DNA of 64,000 nt, from the NCBI GenBank assembly GCA_002633005.1, contig NMRA01000357.1, forward strand, positions 138,048 to 202,047. The letters are read 5' to 3'. Of this stretch, positions 12,001-42,790 are shown one piece after another. This stretch comes from Phoronis australis. Its lineage: Eukaryota > Animalia > Phoronida. Under the pieces are notes generated by a model. It saw only the letters and a program-made list of their open reading frames with translations, did no database searches and was not told where the DNA came from. Positions within the stretch are counted from its first letter, which is position 1, and each line of letters starts with the position of its first letter. Both the position numbers and the translations under genes were made by a program.

Positions 12001-15000
12001 AGAAACTGTGAGCATGTAAGTTTTTATGTTGAATTTTGGGGGAACATCTCTGCTGAGTCATATGTCAGTTGTCCCAAAAGATTATGCAACCTAAGACTGG
12101 CACAGAGTCACAAAAAAAGAGTTTGATCAGCTGTTCTACTACAGCAAGACAAAATCAGATTTAATTGGTACAACCACCAGGTGGCGCTAGTTGAGGGATT
12201 ACAGTGTATCACTGAATTTTTTATGTGTCGATGACGGAGATTGCGCTCATGACATTATTCCTGCCCCAAGCCCGCAAATCAAAAAAGTCGAGACCAACTT
12301 GAAGCAGTAAGAGGCTTCAATAAATATTTAGATTTTTAAAGAGAACGCAGTATTACATGCTGATGTTTGTGACTGAAATGACACAGTGACCTTGAAATGA
12401 CACAGAATGTATTCTTCTACCTGAATGACATTGCTTTGAGCCTCCTTTACTTCAGTTAGACCCACAAAGTCTTCATATGTTTGAAGCCAGTACATAATCT
12501 TTCCTCCAGTAACTTTCTGTAAAGACTGGTCCACCTTGGTATTACCAGTCATAGACGACAAGTGCAGAGACTGAAACAGAACGAATGACAAAACCGATTA
12601 AACCATCTTCTTAAAATCAAAGATGCCAAACACAATTAAGACAAAATGATATCAAAATTCCTATCACGATGGTTGAGTACAAGCGTAATCCTGTCATGAC
12701 GGATGTGGAGTATCAAGAAGGGCCGGTTTTGACAGATAATGACCCATCGTGATGGGAAATACCATACTCGTCCGGGTTACCGCCCATGCTCAACTTACCG
12801 CCGTTTTTTTAGATTCCCAATTTACGCGCCCTGTCCATCTTGTCAATATTGGAGTGTGTGACGGGATCCCAGACAGAGGAGAAATATTCAAGTCTGGACC
12901 TCACTAGTGAAGTGGGCCAAGGCTTTTGTACATGTAGACTATTGCATTTAGAAACGTTGATATCCATTTACCAAGATTTTCCCAAGAGGCTTAGCAACTA
13001 ATCGACGTAGGGAGTTTATTTAGTCTTGTTGAAATATTTGGCAATGGGGGAGAAGCAATAGGTCTACAGAGGACTGCATCAACTGCAGACGAAAGAATGC
13101 AGTCAGGAAGGCCGTTAACATGAAGTATGAAGAGCGCAGGACCAAGTCCCAGGACAGAGCCTGGCGCACCCCTGACTGAACCACAGGCGTCCTCAGCTTC
13201 TGATTGTCCCCAATACACTGTGCATATAATACTACAGGTACGAGGTATGACACTCGGGACTAGAAATTCCACGGGTGCTTCGATTCAGCCGTTCGTATCA
13301 AACACATAACTCGATAAATTTACACAAAACAGGGGTTCAACTGTTATATTTTAGGTAGTATGAGGCATAGAACTCTCAGCTCATGATAAGAACTACACCT
13401 ATTCCAATATGGCGGCTTGCGTTACAACCTTTCTACAACTCTCGTCTAAGTATCGTACATGCGAGACTAACAAAAGGCATACAAGCATCACACTCCTCCC
13501 TCCTAGCTGAAGAAACGGTGTGCCAGCTAAAATAAGAAACTACTTCAACATTAGCTTATAAGAAAGTACATCATCAAATAACCAGTAAAAAAGTACGTTA
13601 AGCAAGAGTCTTTACTTAGAGTTCTTAGGTGAATAACTCATAGTTACTATTACTACTAGTAAATACCTTAACTACAGTCGCAAATCCAAATCAACACAAA
13701 TACGGACAGCGGAACAATATAGATTTAACATGTTGACTCAGAAGGAAGGACAATCGGTCGTAGACTTTGTCAGAGTACAAAGCAAAAGTGTATGCCTTTT
13801 GTTAGCCTTGGCGCAAAGCTGTATACTAAATATACAATAAAATCTGACAAAAAATTAGTGTCATTAAAAACTACAGTCTTCCTTGAGTAAACTAAATACC
13901 GGTATACAGTTTTGTACCGATGTGGGTAAAAAAGTGGTAAGATAAAATCTGACAAAAAATTAGAGTCATTAAAAACTACAGTCTTCCTTGAGTAAACTAA
14001 ATACCGGTATATACAGTTTTGTACCGATGTGGGTAAAAAAGTGGTAAGATAAAATCTGACAAAAAATTAGAGTCATTAAAAACTACAGTCTTCCTTGAGT
14101 AAACTAAATACCGGTATACAGTTTTGTACCGATGTGGGTAAAAAAGTGGTAAGATAAAATCTGACAAAAAATTAGTGACATTAAAAACTAGTCTTCCTTG
14201 AGTAAACTAAATACCGGTATACAGTTTTGTCCCGATGTGGGTAAAAAAGTGGTAAGATAAAATCTGACAAAAAAATAGTGTCATTAAAAACTACGTCTTC
14301 CTTAAGTAAACTAAATTATTTAACAGTGTTGGAAAAAATGGCGTTCTACCGTTATTCTGCGGCTAAAGTTGTGGAGCGATCTTTAGCGATCTGGCTTTCG
14401 GCGCCATGAAATATCGCATCACCTATTGGCCAGTTTCTTTTTTTTGCCGATTCTTCAATCAACTGATGTTCTTTCACGAGGTTGCGTACACGTCACAACA
14501 AATTATTGGAGCTGGTTTCACTTCATTACAAGTTTTTAGAATTTTGATATCGAAAAACTGAATGTCACAACAAATTTTGCTGCTGCGAAGTTGTCGCAAA
14601 AATTTAGGAAATGGCGTGTGCACGTGACATGAGCGTACTGTTTTCAAAGGAAGACATACTTTTCATTGCTAGAAAAGGCAGAGAGTTACGCAAGAAAATG
14701 ACGTTTATTGCATTAGTATTTTTCACTTAAACGGCTGTAACGGACAAGGTGAGTGTTGGTTGATTCCCAGATTTTGCATGCACCCCGTTCGGTCTTTAGC
14801 TTTCCATGTTGATACAAGTTTCAGGGCGAGGTGACGAGCAGAACTACCCTGGCCGTGTGCAATTTTGGGGTCTATGGAAGAAATACACACAGTGGTATAC
14901 TCGGAAACCCAATGGTCGTCCGCCTAAGCATAAAACCGGCTTGTTGTCGTAATCACCCAATTATTCCACTTCAAAGTTATGCTCTGAATAGGATTTGATT

Positions 15001-16400
15001 TAACTCTTACAAATATATAGTATTCGTTGATTCAAACGTTTTCTTTTACTTAAGCCGAGTTGTTCAACTGTGCATTGCTTTTCGGCAGCCATTTTATAAT
15101 GACTCCAATGGTCGTCATATGCTGCCGCCTTTTGAATAAACAGGAAACCACACAGAAAAAGGCCAAGAAAATAGTGGAAAGTGGTTTACAGCAACTCCAC
15201 TTCAACCACAAACCGTTTTATTAGTATGATATCGATTTTTAAATCGATTAAAATTGATTTAGAATTTCAGTTCTGGAAAATAAATCGCAATTGTTTTATT
15301 CCAGATAGACCTTACTTATTTTGTATTTGTGACCTCTTTAATTGACTTTTTGCTCATGTTGTTCTTAACACCACTTATCTCTGCTGTCCTTCTTTTTCTT
15401 TTCAGTTTCTCTTCATTCTCTGTTAACACCTTGTCAGCCAAAACAGAACTGTAACCCTTTGAGACTTGGTCGGAGAAAGTTGATCATTGAACCTTGATAC
15501 AATTGTTGTAATAAATTACCCATAATTGTATTGTTTGATTTTTTCTCATCTTTAACAGGCTTCTGCATTCATAAATAAATAAATAAATACCCAAGTTGCA
15601 TTTAAATTTCATTGCTCAATCTCTTCTTTTATTTTTGATTATGTCATGCTGTGTTGTATGTAACAATTGCAATATAGTGAAATAAAGTCAATGTTTTACT
15701 TTATTGGTGGCCATTCTCTATCAATTCAAGTATTTTAATTTTCTTCAAATAAATTCAAAATGCTTTAACCAAAAAATTCAACATAAATGTTGAGCTCAGT
15801 ACTTTGTGTAGCAATAAAAAAACAGGTGAACAATATTTTGATGACCAAGGCTTTGGCCAAAACTGTTAAGCATGTAGCCTTATGTTAGTCTCGTATGTAC
15901 AATACTTAGAAAAGGCATACAAACATCACATCAACAAACCATGAGCAATTGTTCTTTCTTATAATACCATTCAATGGTGTCCAGCTGCATGCGCCTGCGA
16001 GTTCCCAAGAAATGCGCAGTCAAACCACAAAAATGTTCCCAAAAAGCCCAAACACACCTCGCACTTTGACGGTTCGAGGTCAAGGACGGTACGGAGTGTC
16101 ATACCTTGTAGTATTACATGTAGCATTATATGTAGTGTATTGGGGACGATCAGAAGCTGAGGACGCCTGTGGTCTGGGGCCGAATTTGAGATCTCGCCAT
16201 CGACGCCGACGACTCTGTCACAAGTTAAAATTCTATACACGCAAATTAATAACACAAAATTGCCGTCTGTGTTCATATTGAGTACTTACAAACACTTGGA
16301 AGGTTTCCTGTCGCATTCCCACAACAAAGCAGCCGGCGCTCTTCCATTTCATTGATGAAGGTCCACGAACAGGAAGAAGAAAACGCACGGCAGCGGCCAT
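9018..16400 (-). CDS. CCDC51: CCDC51 / MITOK mitochondrial potassium channel subunit; exons 16400-16290, 12570-12421, 9899-9018 (~380 aa)
   Basis: All introns are GT..AG and phase 0. Peptides MAAAVRFLLPVRG (presequence-like), [61 protein letters not shown] and a second C-terminal TM are characteristic of CCDC51. Confidence 0.92.
13060..13260 (-). mobile_element. Decayed non-LTR retrotransposon (CR1/L2-like RT) fragment; related short pieces at ~2862-2915 and ~16095-16175
   Basis: Translation GAPGSVLGLGPALFILHVNGLPDCI resembles the RT motif [21 protein letters not shown]. The block gtgtatt..ga.aatcagaagctgaggacgcctgtg recurs three times. Confidence 0.6.
13839..14316. repeat. ~105-bp tandem repeat, ~4.5 near-identical copies, in CCDC51 intron 1
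   Basis: Unit aaaatctgacaaaaaattagagtcattaaaaactacagtcttccttgagtaaactaaataccggtatacagttttgtaccgatgtgggtaaaaaagtggtaagat. Confidence 0.9.
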
Positions 16401-19242
16401 GACGGTAAAAATAAAAATAGCACAACTCCCGAAGAGGTTACATTTCAATGTTCTTGATAACTAATCCAAAGCTCTTTCTTGAGCTATGCATTTTTCAAGA
16501 AATAATCAAGTTAGCTGAATGGTGCATTTTAATGCAATAAAAGACGTAGAGCTCGTCTTTTAGTCTGTTTTATAGAACAATTGAAGACCATTAAAAATGA
16601 CTGTTCTGACACCTGGCGGTGGAATTGAATAGATTTGGTGTGCATCATGCTGTGCGACGACTGAAGGCTGCTCAGTGAATTAACTTGTAAGATCGCGTAT
16701 GCGTGAACTTTCAGTTACTAAAATATTCATTGAAAAGTTTAAAATCACTAATTACATATCAAAAACACAAAAAAATAAAAACACCCCCAGTAATCAATTA
16801 GCTGTGAAATTAGCTCGATCAAAACCGACAGCTGCAAAACTGGGACGCGGAACTTAAACCGCCGGGGTACCGCGGGGTAGCCTAACGTCGGTCACGACTA
16901 TATACTCGAAAGCCAGACAGTGCGTGACTCGTAGTCCACCATATTGACGATGAACGCTATGTAAACAAAAGCACGATGGGATTTTGAAATATTGGTGACT
17001 AAAGCAACTTATGTAAACCTGTGACCCAGGCACGCATTGCTACTGCGGCATGTTGTATTCTCCGTACTTAATTATAACAGCTACCATTCAGTAAAAGCAA
17101 AATTCCTAAATGCTTTGGTTGAAGTTCTCACGGAGTTGCTCACCTAGGGCTTGGGAGGTTTCAGTTGCCCACTCAGTCAAAAAGACAATGTATAAATTAA
17201 GTTTCATAGAAACTGATATAAAGGGAAACACTTGAATACTAACTAGAAAAAAACAGAAACCCGTGAAAATAGATGAGCACAAGGCAAACAGCAGTCCGAC
17301 GTGTGCATGCAGTACGTAGTGTCAAGTTGTATGCAATTTGACCAATTGTACATGTTTGTATACATGTGCATTCGCCATGGGAGCAAAATTTTGCAAAACG
17401 ATAGAGTTATAGAAACTGATATGTTAAGATATGAGCATTTCAATGAAAAAAGAAGAATGCACAAATGACACCTGACACTCTGTAGGCCTGGTGGTTGAAA
17501 CACGCACACATATATACATCGGTTAGCCGCGTGTGCCCGTGTGAATTAACCGCTGACTTGAGTCGGCTTGAGCGGCTGAAGCCGGAGGTCAAAGTATGCA
17601 TTTTGCACAGTCCCAATTTCTCGAGAGGTGATTGGAATTGTCTACTTCTGCCGGTGATTCAAACGGTTACTATGGACATGCGAAGCCAAATTCGCCAATT
17701 CCCTCAGTGTGTTGACTTGTCATCGTAGTTCATGATAGCATAACTAGTTGCATGGCTGCCTCCACTCTCATCACAGTTCGCGGTAGTGGTTCTCACTCAA
17801 GTGTCTCATTTTTGTCTACTGTTGGTACACCCCCCTCTCATTTTTCAGCCCGGTGGCAATGAGGCACTGCTAATTGAGAGATTAGGCCTACATCAGTACA
17901 CCCGGATTTTGGGGTAGGAACAGGCCCCCCCCCCCGTTTATATACAACCAAAACAATAAAAGGCCGTCAGCATGCCGTTTTAGGGCTTACGCGAACCTTT
18001 TCTTCGACAATTGTGGCTGGGACGACACTGGAATTTCGACTCAGGTTGATGCAATTGTTTCTTGGATAACTACGTGAGCAAAATGTCGTTAAAATATCTT
18101 CGCTGTACTTATCATTGCACATTGCTGTCTCAGCTTATAACGAACAGTTATAAATAAAATTTGGAAATATAGTTTATCCCACATACATAGAAATACTACT
18201 GCCATATCCCATCGAGAATTCGTTTCATCTGAGACATTCCCGGATGAAATGAATTCGAGATAGGATGACGTTGTTTTTATTAACATGCGCTGCTTCTTGC
18301 TATCATGGAGATCTTTCGGAAAATGACATTGCAGCCAAAACATCAAGCAATTATGATGCATTATTAAGTAAACAACACACGCAGGAAATAGTTATTCGGT
18401 TATGACGGCGTTTGAGGCTTTGTTTATTAGAATGAGAAAAAGATACCGATAGTTATTTCTTTAAAGAATTCAATTGAAAGTCATGGAGTAGTTTACCTGC
18501 GTTGACCAGCAACACATAAATGTCGCGTTGCGTTTGCCTTGTAAGTCTTTTGCATTCGAAATTGAAATGTTATCGCAACCTGAGAACACTTGAATTTTTG
18601 TGTTTGCATTTGCATTGTGGTTACTGCGCCTAACAAGTACAACCGACATGGCAATTGCAAGCAGATCGTGGGATTTTGTAGAAACTATAATTCATATCAA
18701 AACCTTTTGTTTGAGATATTAATAATTTTGACCATGGCGTGCATTACTGAGGTTGACAACATGTTTAAATTGTCGCTCTAGATAATTGTTTGGACTACAA
18801 TACCTGTTTTAGTCATTTCTTTCACCAATCCGTGTTCTTACCTCACTAATCATATTTACTGAAACCCAACCCCCGGTCTCATTTATTTGTAAACATGACA
18901 TCACCTGTCCGTTACAGAGATTAGAGGTGATTGGGGCAGATCGTTGTTGTTCGAGACCAGGCTTGCCAAGTGGACTTGTCACGGCGTACTATTTTATTCG
19001 CCGTGTATGCGCCGAAACACTGCCAAATTTCCAATCTTCCCTAGCCCATAAACCATTTTTTATTTGAATACGGAACAAGATGGTGAACCCTATTTCATGA
19101 ATCAAAATGATCCAGCCACTGCCGAAGGAAGTCTTATAACCGCTTTAAAATTGTATTTTTCATAAAATAAAACATACAATCACAGTATGTACAAATCCAG
19201 AAACAACAGGGCATTATATGACCGCTAAAACAACCTCACAAG

Positions 19243-36785
<17,543 letters not shown>

Positions 36786-38404
36786 CTGTAAAAGCATTAA
36801 AAAATGCTGTGAAAAATAGATATAACATTTCCTGTTTCGGGAATAAGCTACTCAATATAAACAATTTTACTAGCAAATTATATCTGAAAAGTCCCCAGGA
36901 AACCGGCGAGATGTTCAGTGTTTGGAATCTCGTAGTTAGACAATGTTTCTCCACATCAAGCGGGAAAACCAGTGTCACCATCCGGCTTTGATATCATGAA
37001 TGTTCATCTGAGCTTCTTGTGTTGAACAGGGAAATTATTGCATTAGAGATGTCTTCACGACAATAAAATATTTGCAACAATGAACTGAAATGTCAAGGAC
37101 AGAAACTGGTAATTTAATTTTAACGTGTTTGGTCCCGTGAAAACTGTGAAGCATCCCTTTTTCGCGGAAAAACTGCAATAAAACCTACAACAGTGGCACG
37201 ATATAGGGTATTGTGAAAACTCGCATTTTAAAATGTCTCGATTATTGAGGGTGAAATTCGTTTCGTGACCAAAACCCGCCGAAACCTCCTAATCATGCCC
37301 GGAGAAACAAAAGTCCGCAAACCTCAAATCTGTCCTGGCTCCGCTCAGCCAAAGAGAACGTACCCGTGCGCCCCCTGTCTTCCACTGGCCAGGCTCCGAC
37401 CCGACGGCTTCCGTGATTCCGCACTGCGTTGCCGATAGTCATATTCGCATTTCTTTGTACTCGCAAAATTTTTCAGCCCAACGTTTCTGAAAGCGACACA
37501 AATGGCCAATAATCGACACATTTCTTGGGACTTACAAAATTTTGCACATACGCAGGGACAGACCGGCCTGCAGCGCCCGGCCTGGCGCCACCGCAGACCA
37601 GCAACCTGCCGGACTTGACCCCGTGGACCGCCGTCTGTGGAGTTTTCAAAGAGTACCCGGGACACGACTAGGGACTGTATCCCGGCCTGCCGATAGCAAA
37701 ACGTTCAGTTGGGTTTGTATTTGTTGAAAACAATTTTTAGTCAATGTGAGTTTACATTAATGTTATTCATTCAGGGTACCCGTGGCGTTTTGGGCGTGAC
37801 ATCGAACATAAGACTGAATCCGGCGATTAACGAAAGAAAAATTAAGATATCAGGCCTTTGAACACCAGTGTAGTCTAGACTGCAAGAGTTAGAGAGTAAT
37901 GAAAGCGTCCGAAAACCGCGGCCTTTCGTCACAAAACCTACATTGATTTTTTACAATTTACTGCTCTGAAATTGATTACAAAGTGTTCCTTAGTTCAAAT
38001 AAATTTGTCTTTCACTGCGCTTGGAAACTTAGAACTGACAGTTCGCTATATCTCGAGACCGGTTTCTACAAGATTACTCAGTCGCGATTGTCATTTTAAT
38101 CGCTGCGAATAGTCTCGAGCAATAACAGATTGTGAGTTCTTTGCAAGACAAAGACCACTTTTTATCTAAGTAAGGAACAGATTTACAGCTGCAAGTTTGA
38201 GTGGCCTAAATCAAAATTTAAATTCTTCGACGGAACGCAGGTTTAGCTGCTGACTCCGGGCACTAAAATAGTCCGGGAGCCAAATGCTGATTTTTTACTT
38301 TACCTGGTTTTGCCAGATAAAGTTTTTTTCTTTGCTGTTTCATGTAGCCTAGGGTTTGGTAATCAGAAATCAGGCGAGTGACCATTCCCAAACCTTGAGC
38401 ATTT

Positions 38405-39125
38405 TTAAATATGCAAATTAAGGTCGTCATTATGCAAAATTCTATTTTTGCCTATAATTTCCTTACCAAGCACTGCAGGCAGATTATTTTGACGTTTTAC
38501 CCAAGTTTCCATGGTCAGTGAATTTAATGGAGCAAGTTTGTTGGTAAAAACATGGTTAATTTGCATAATTTATGCAAATTAAGACCCACATTATGCAAAA
38601 TTCTATATTTGCTTATAATTTCCTTACCAAGCAGGGCAGGCAGGTTATTTTGATCACCCTTGTTTCCATGGTCAATGAATTTTATAGTGAAAGTTTTTGG
38701 GTGGATACATCGCCAATTTGCAAAATTTATGCAAATTAAGGCCGCCATTATTCAAAATTTTACTTGTTCTAATAGCTATGGTACCAATCATCACAGGTGA
38801 ATTATCATATTTGCACCTATATTTCTATGGTCAATTAGCTCAATGAAATCAGTTTGCATGTTGTTGCATGATAAATTTGCATAATTAATGCAAATTAAGG
38901 CCACCATTATTCAAAGTTATTTGTTGCTTAAATCTCCCTTACCAACACTGCAGACAGGTTACTTTAATGTTTTCACCCATGCTTCCATGGTCAGTGAATT
39001 TAATGGACCTCGTTTGCTGGTGGATACATCGTGAATTTGCTTAATATATGCATAATATATGCAAATTAAGGCCGCTATTATTCAAAATTCTACTTTTGCT
39101 TATAGCTGAAGTACCAGGCGCCCCA
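38405..39125. repeat. ~160-bp degenerate tandem repeat, 5 copies, each with ATGCAAATTAAGG
   Basis: atgcaaattaag at ~38411, 38573, 38729, 38888 and 39059, each followed by related att..caaa.tt and ccatggtca blocks. Confidence 0.8.
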
Positions 39126-39303
39126 AGTAAACTATTTTATCGTAATCTATTTTGCCCGGGGTACGCCACGAGCTATGTTGCAGAGTAAAATTTGAAATGT
39201 TTTTGCTGTTTGTATGATAGTTTTATTGTCTAAATAGTTAAAAAGCTATAGAAGACACAGTATTGATTTTAGGGTCTTCTCAAAAGTTTTTGTCAAGTAA
39301 CTA

Positions 39304-40666
39304 CCGTAAACGTTCGGGTTAACGCCCTGGGCGGTTAAATTGGCAAACCCAAAAAATCGGGGGGGGGGGCGGTTAACCAGACATGGGCGCTTAAACGTGA
39401 AATTTCAAGAAATCCAGGGTGGGCGGTTAACCGAACATGGGCGCTTATTACGACAGGCAACCGCCCTGGGCGGTTAATCTTACCTCGTGATCTAAGTCCC
39501 CACACCATACACGCACTCGGAACGCGTANTACGTGTGAGTCGCCTGTCAATCACATGTTGGTGTCAAGGTAACATGCTCTCCAAAGTGTGGGAACTTGCG
39601 CACGTGCACCACTACAAAGTCACCAAAGAGAATAGCGACAGTCCTAAGTATCAAAAACGGGCGTGACTATGTATTTTTAAGCTGTTGCTACAAAAGACCC
39701 AATTCTTTACGATGTTCCACCATTGCCAATGTTCCCCAAAACTGCGATGTCAATTCAATTCCGATATTTCCCGGCTCGATGTTCCCTAAGCCCATGCCCG
39801 TAGCTAGCTGCGTGCATCTCCTACCCACTATCGCCAATTTTCAGTCAGTCTACGTCGTAGATATTTCAGACTCGAATGGTAAGAATTTTTGTTCAGGCTG
39901 AAACTGGCCAATGTATAAACAAAATCATTCTGGATGGCTAAAAAGGGATGTGGAAACGATAATTCACCCAGTCAAGCTTACGTGGGGACTGACGCAAGAA
40001 ATAGTAAACAGCCAACGACATTAGTTAAATCTGCTAACGCCAGTTTGACTGAGATGCAATACGCGAAAAACAAAATTTGACTAGCAGTTTTTTATTACCT
40101 CAAGATCATACACAAACATACATTATTGTCAACCTTTGAATTCAGAAATCGATAGCCAGCAACGAAATCGGTAACCCAGTAAGACACTTGTACTGTCCCT
40201 TCGGTCGCCACACATCCTCTGTAACCCGGCAGTTACATTCATCAAAATATTGAGAATTTGACATCTTTGCGTGAGTTGTGAGATTTGTAAAAAATACGAG
40301 AGCTTCCCACCTTAATAGAATTTGGAGGGTTGGCAAAACCATTGTCACATTTCTCTGGCCTGATTTTTTCGAATATGTTTTATCTTGTGCACTACAGAAA
40401 CTCAGCGCGGCAGACGAAATCGCTGAAAGCGGAGGTTTTGACGCCGGCGGCGTTCTTAAACATGGGAAGAAAATAAAGTGACAAAAACGTTCAAGTATTA
40501 TATTTTGAAGTGAGTCCATGACCCAAAATAATAACTCGTTACTTGAATTGTAATTGTAAATCGCAGGGGGGCGCTTAACCGAGCAGTGGGCGGTTAAATC
40601 GAAAATCCACCTAAAGTAAGGGGCGGGCGGTTAACTGAGCATGGGCGTTAACTCGAACGTTTACGG
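39304..40666. mobile_element. Longer member of the same CCGTAA..GGGTTAACGCCC TIR family (spans an N join at 39529)
   Basis: ta|CCGTAAACGTTCGGGTTAACGCCC ... GGGCGTTAACTCGAACGTTTACGG|ta. Ends match the 34066-34224 element in inverted orientation. Confidence 0.75.
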
Positions 40667-42282
40667 TAAGTAATTTGCCTGTGGTGATGACCCGTGACTG
40701 GTGTATGGGCTAACATTTGTCCAGTTTTATGAGAGCTGAAATTACATTGGAAAAAAAAATATCGTTTTCGTTGTTTTAACTTATAGACTCTGATATACCT
40801 CTTAAAAAGTTTTAATTTTTGTCCATCGTCTGAAGAGATGCCATGTTCACTTTCTATTAAGTGAGGTATTAGATACATATGTATGAGCTGATATTATCCA
40901 CCTTAAGTAGCATGTAGGTAGATGTTTAAACGGAATTAATGCCATGATCTGTACTAACCATCTTTTTGATAAAAGAACAAAGATTAGTTTTACATTTGCG
41001 TGTCGAATCAAAAAGTTATTCAATGAACTTGGCTTAACAAAGTCTTTCTAAATTACGTGTATGTCTGCTTTTAATATGTGTCATATCACGTTAACTTTAA
41101 GGCAGCATGGCAGTGCCTGTGTTTGAAAACCTAAAGGTTTTAGTTCATGGTTTGGAGTGAAACTCTTTGTTTTTGCTGTTTACTATGGTGGGTCCCTAAT
41201 TGGTTACGATAACACTGTTGACTGAATGGCGTTCATTCAGGTTGCTTCTTCAGCATGATTCACACTGCTAACTTGATTTATTCTAGTAGAAGTTTGTGAT
41301 TTTGGCTTGACCTAATTCGCACTCCCAGCCTCCGTGTGGAAAGTGACCTCAGGACTATTTTGCACTCAACAAAAACAGTAGTTGTACTGGTAGAAACATA
41401 ATACTCTTGGACTCGGTACATCAAATTTTGCACAGTTTGCTAGTTAGCGCTTCTGCAGATTATTGCGAATGTTATGAGCCCTGCGTCTTTTATATCAGTG
41501 TTACAGCTTGCAGTTGACTCAAGTACACGGAAGCACCTGTTTTTCTTAACTGGCACACTCCCAGAAATCAGTCTCGCAGTACATTCAGGCTCTCATTCAC
41601 TCCGTTGAATACATTCACTAGTACCACCGAGCTCAGAAGGGTAGGAGACACCTTTGTGCAATGCTCGATTGTCTTTCAGCAAAGGCAGGGTTTGATCCTG
41701 AGGTTATCCCAACCGGGAGTCCAGAGCTTAAACCACTGAGCCGCAATGTCTCCTAGAAACCCATTTAGTGCTGGCCATCCTCATAACACAAGTTGAACAA
41801 AGTGACTACCAAATTAAAAAAGTGCGGTACCATTTTTTAGTAAATTAAGTTTAACTGAGAGGAATATGGTAAATCAAATAATTTCTAACCTTGTACACGG
41901 AAAAAATTCTTCAAGTTGGGGCAAAAATAATTGCTAAAATTGCCATATTTTTATTTTCAGAGACTTACCAAAGTAATTGTTGTAAAGGCTCAAAATTTTG
42001 CCAAATAATTGGCAAGAGCTTCATCATATAAACCATGCTAAAAGCAAAGTAAAATTTTCCAAAAGTTTGTTTTTTGCCTAGAATTTTAAAAAAATTTCAC
42101 CTGTTTGCCAAACTGAAGACTGATATGTATACTGTGCATTGTATTATATAATATTATATTGTGCATTGTATTATACAAAGTTCGTTGAAAACATGACTAA
42201 TTTTTTTTTGAAAACTTTATGCAGAGTCGCTTGTGTTGAAACAGTCTCCTTTCTTCAGGTGTGCAGGTATGAAGTAACTTAC

Positions 42283-42346
42283 CGAGAGTCATAACAAACA
42301 AACAAATTAAAACACTAGCTATATTTCCAGACTGCAGTCTCATCAT
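42283..42346 (-). CDS. Candidate signal-peptide exon (MMRLQSGNIASVLICLFVMTL|gtaagt), possibly the first exon of the Delta-like gene
   Basis: Hydrophobic leader and a consensus donor. It is phase 1, whereas the best acceptor at 36785 is phase 0. Confidence 0.4.
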
Positions 42347-42790
42347 CAGGCAATAAGTGGAATACAAAGCGAAATAAACAGTGGAGTGCATGTGATAGTG
42401 GGGAGAGGGACATACAAGCAGAGAGTGTGAATGTATCACACAGTAGGAAGCCCACAAGCCCAAGGAAACAGAGCCAGCTTGTGCTACACACCTGAGAGCT
42501 GCTCATTCAACACAGGTTTTTCGTCATTTGATCTATAAAGATTCCAAAATCTTTAGCCGAAATGTGTCATTTTCAACATAACGAATGATGGTATTGCGTA
42601 TTATTTCTTGCCTAGTTATTTTTCCGCCATGTTGGTGCACAAAATAATCTTGAATGGACCCACCCTGCAAGTGCATAAACAACTCTCAAGGGAGAACACA
42701 CCGTGTGTCCAATGTATCGCTGTATTGTAGTGTAAGGGTGGAGTTTTTCAGAAAATAAAATGCTGTGAACCAACCCATCTATTACTTTTA

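Noticed and set aside
13839-14316. Regularly spaced repeats resembling a CRISPR array
   Set aside because: Whole ~105-bp units repeat with no unique spacers; eukaryotic intron, no cas genes.
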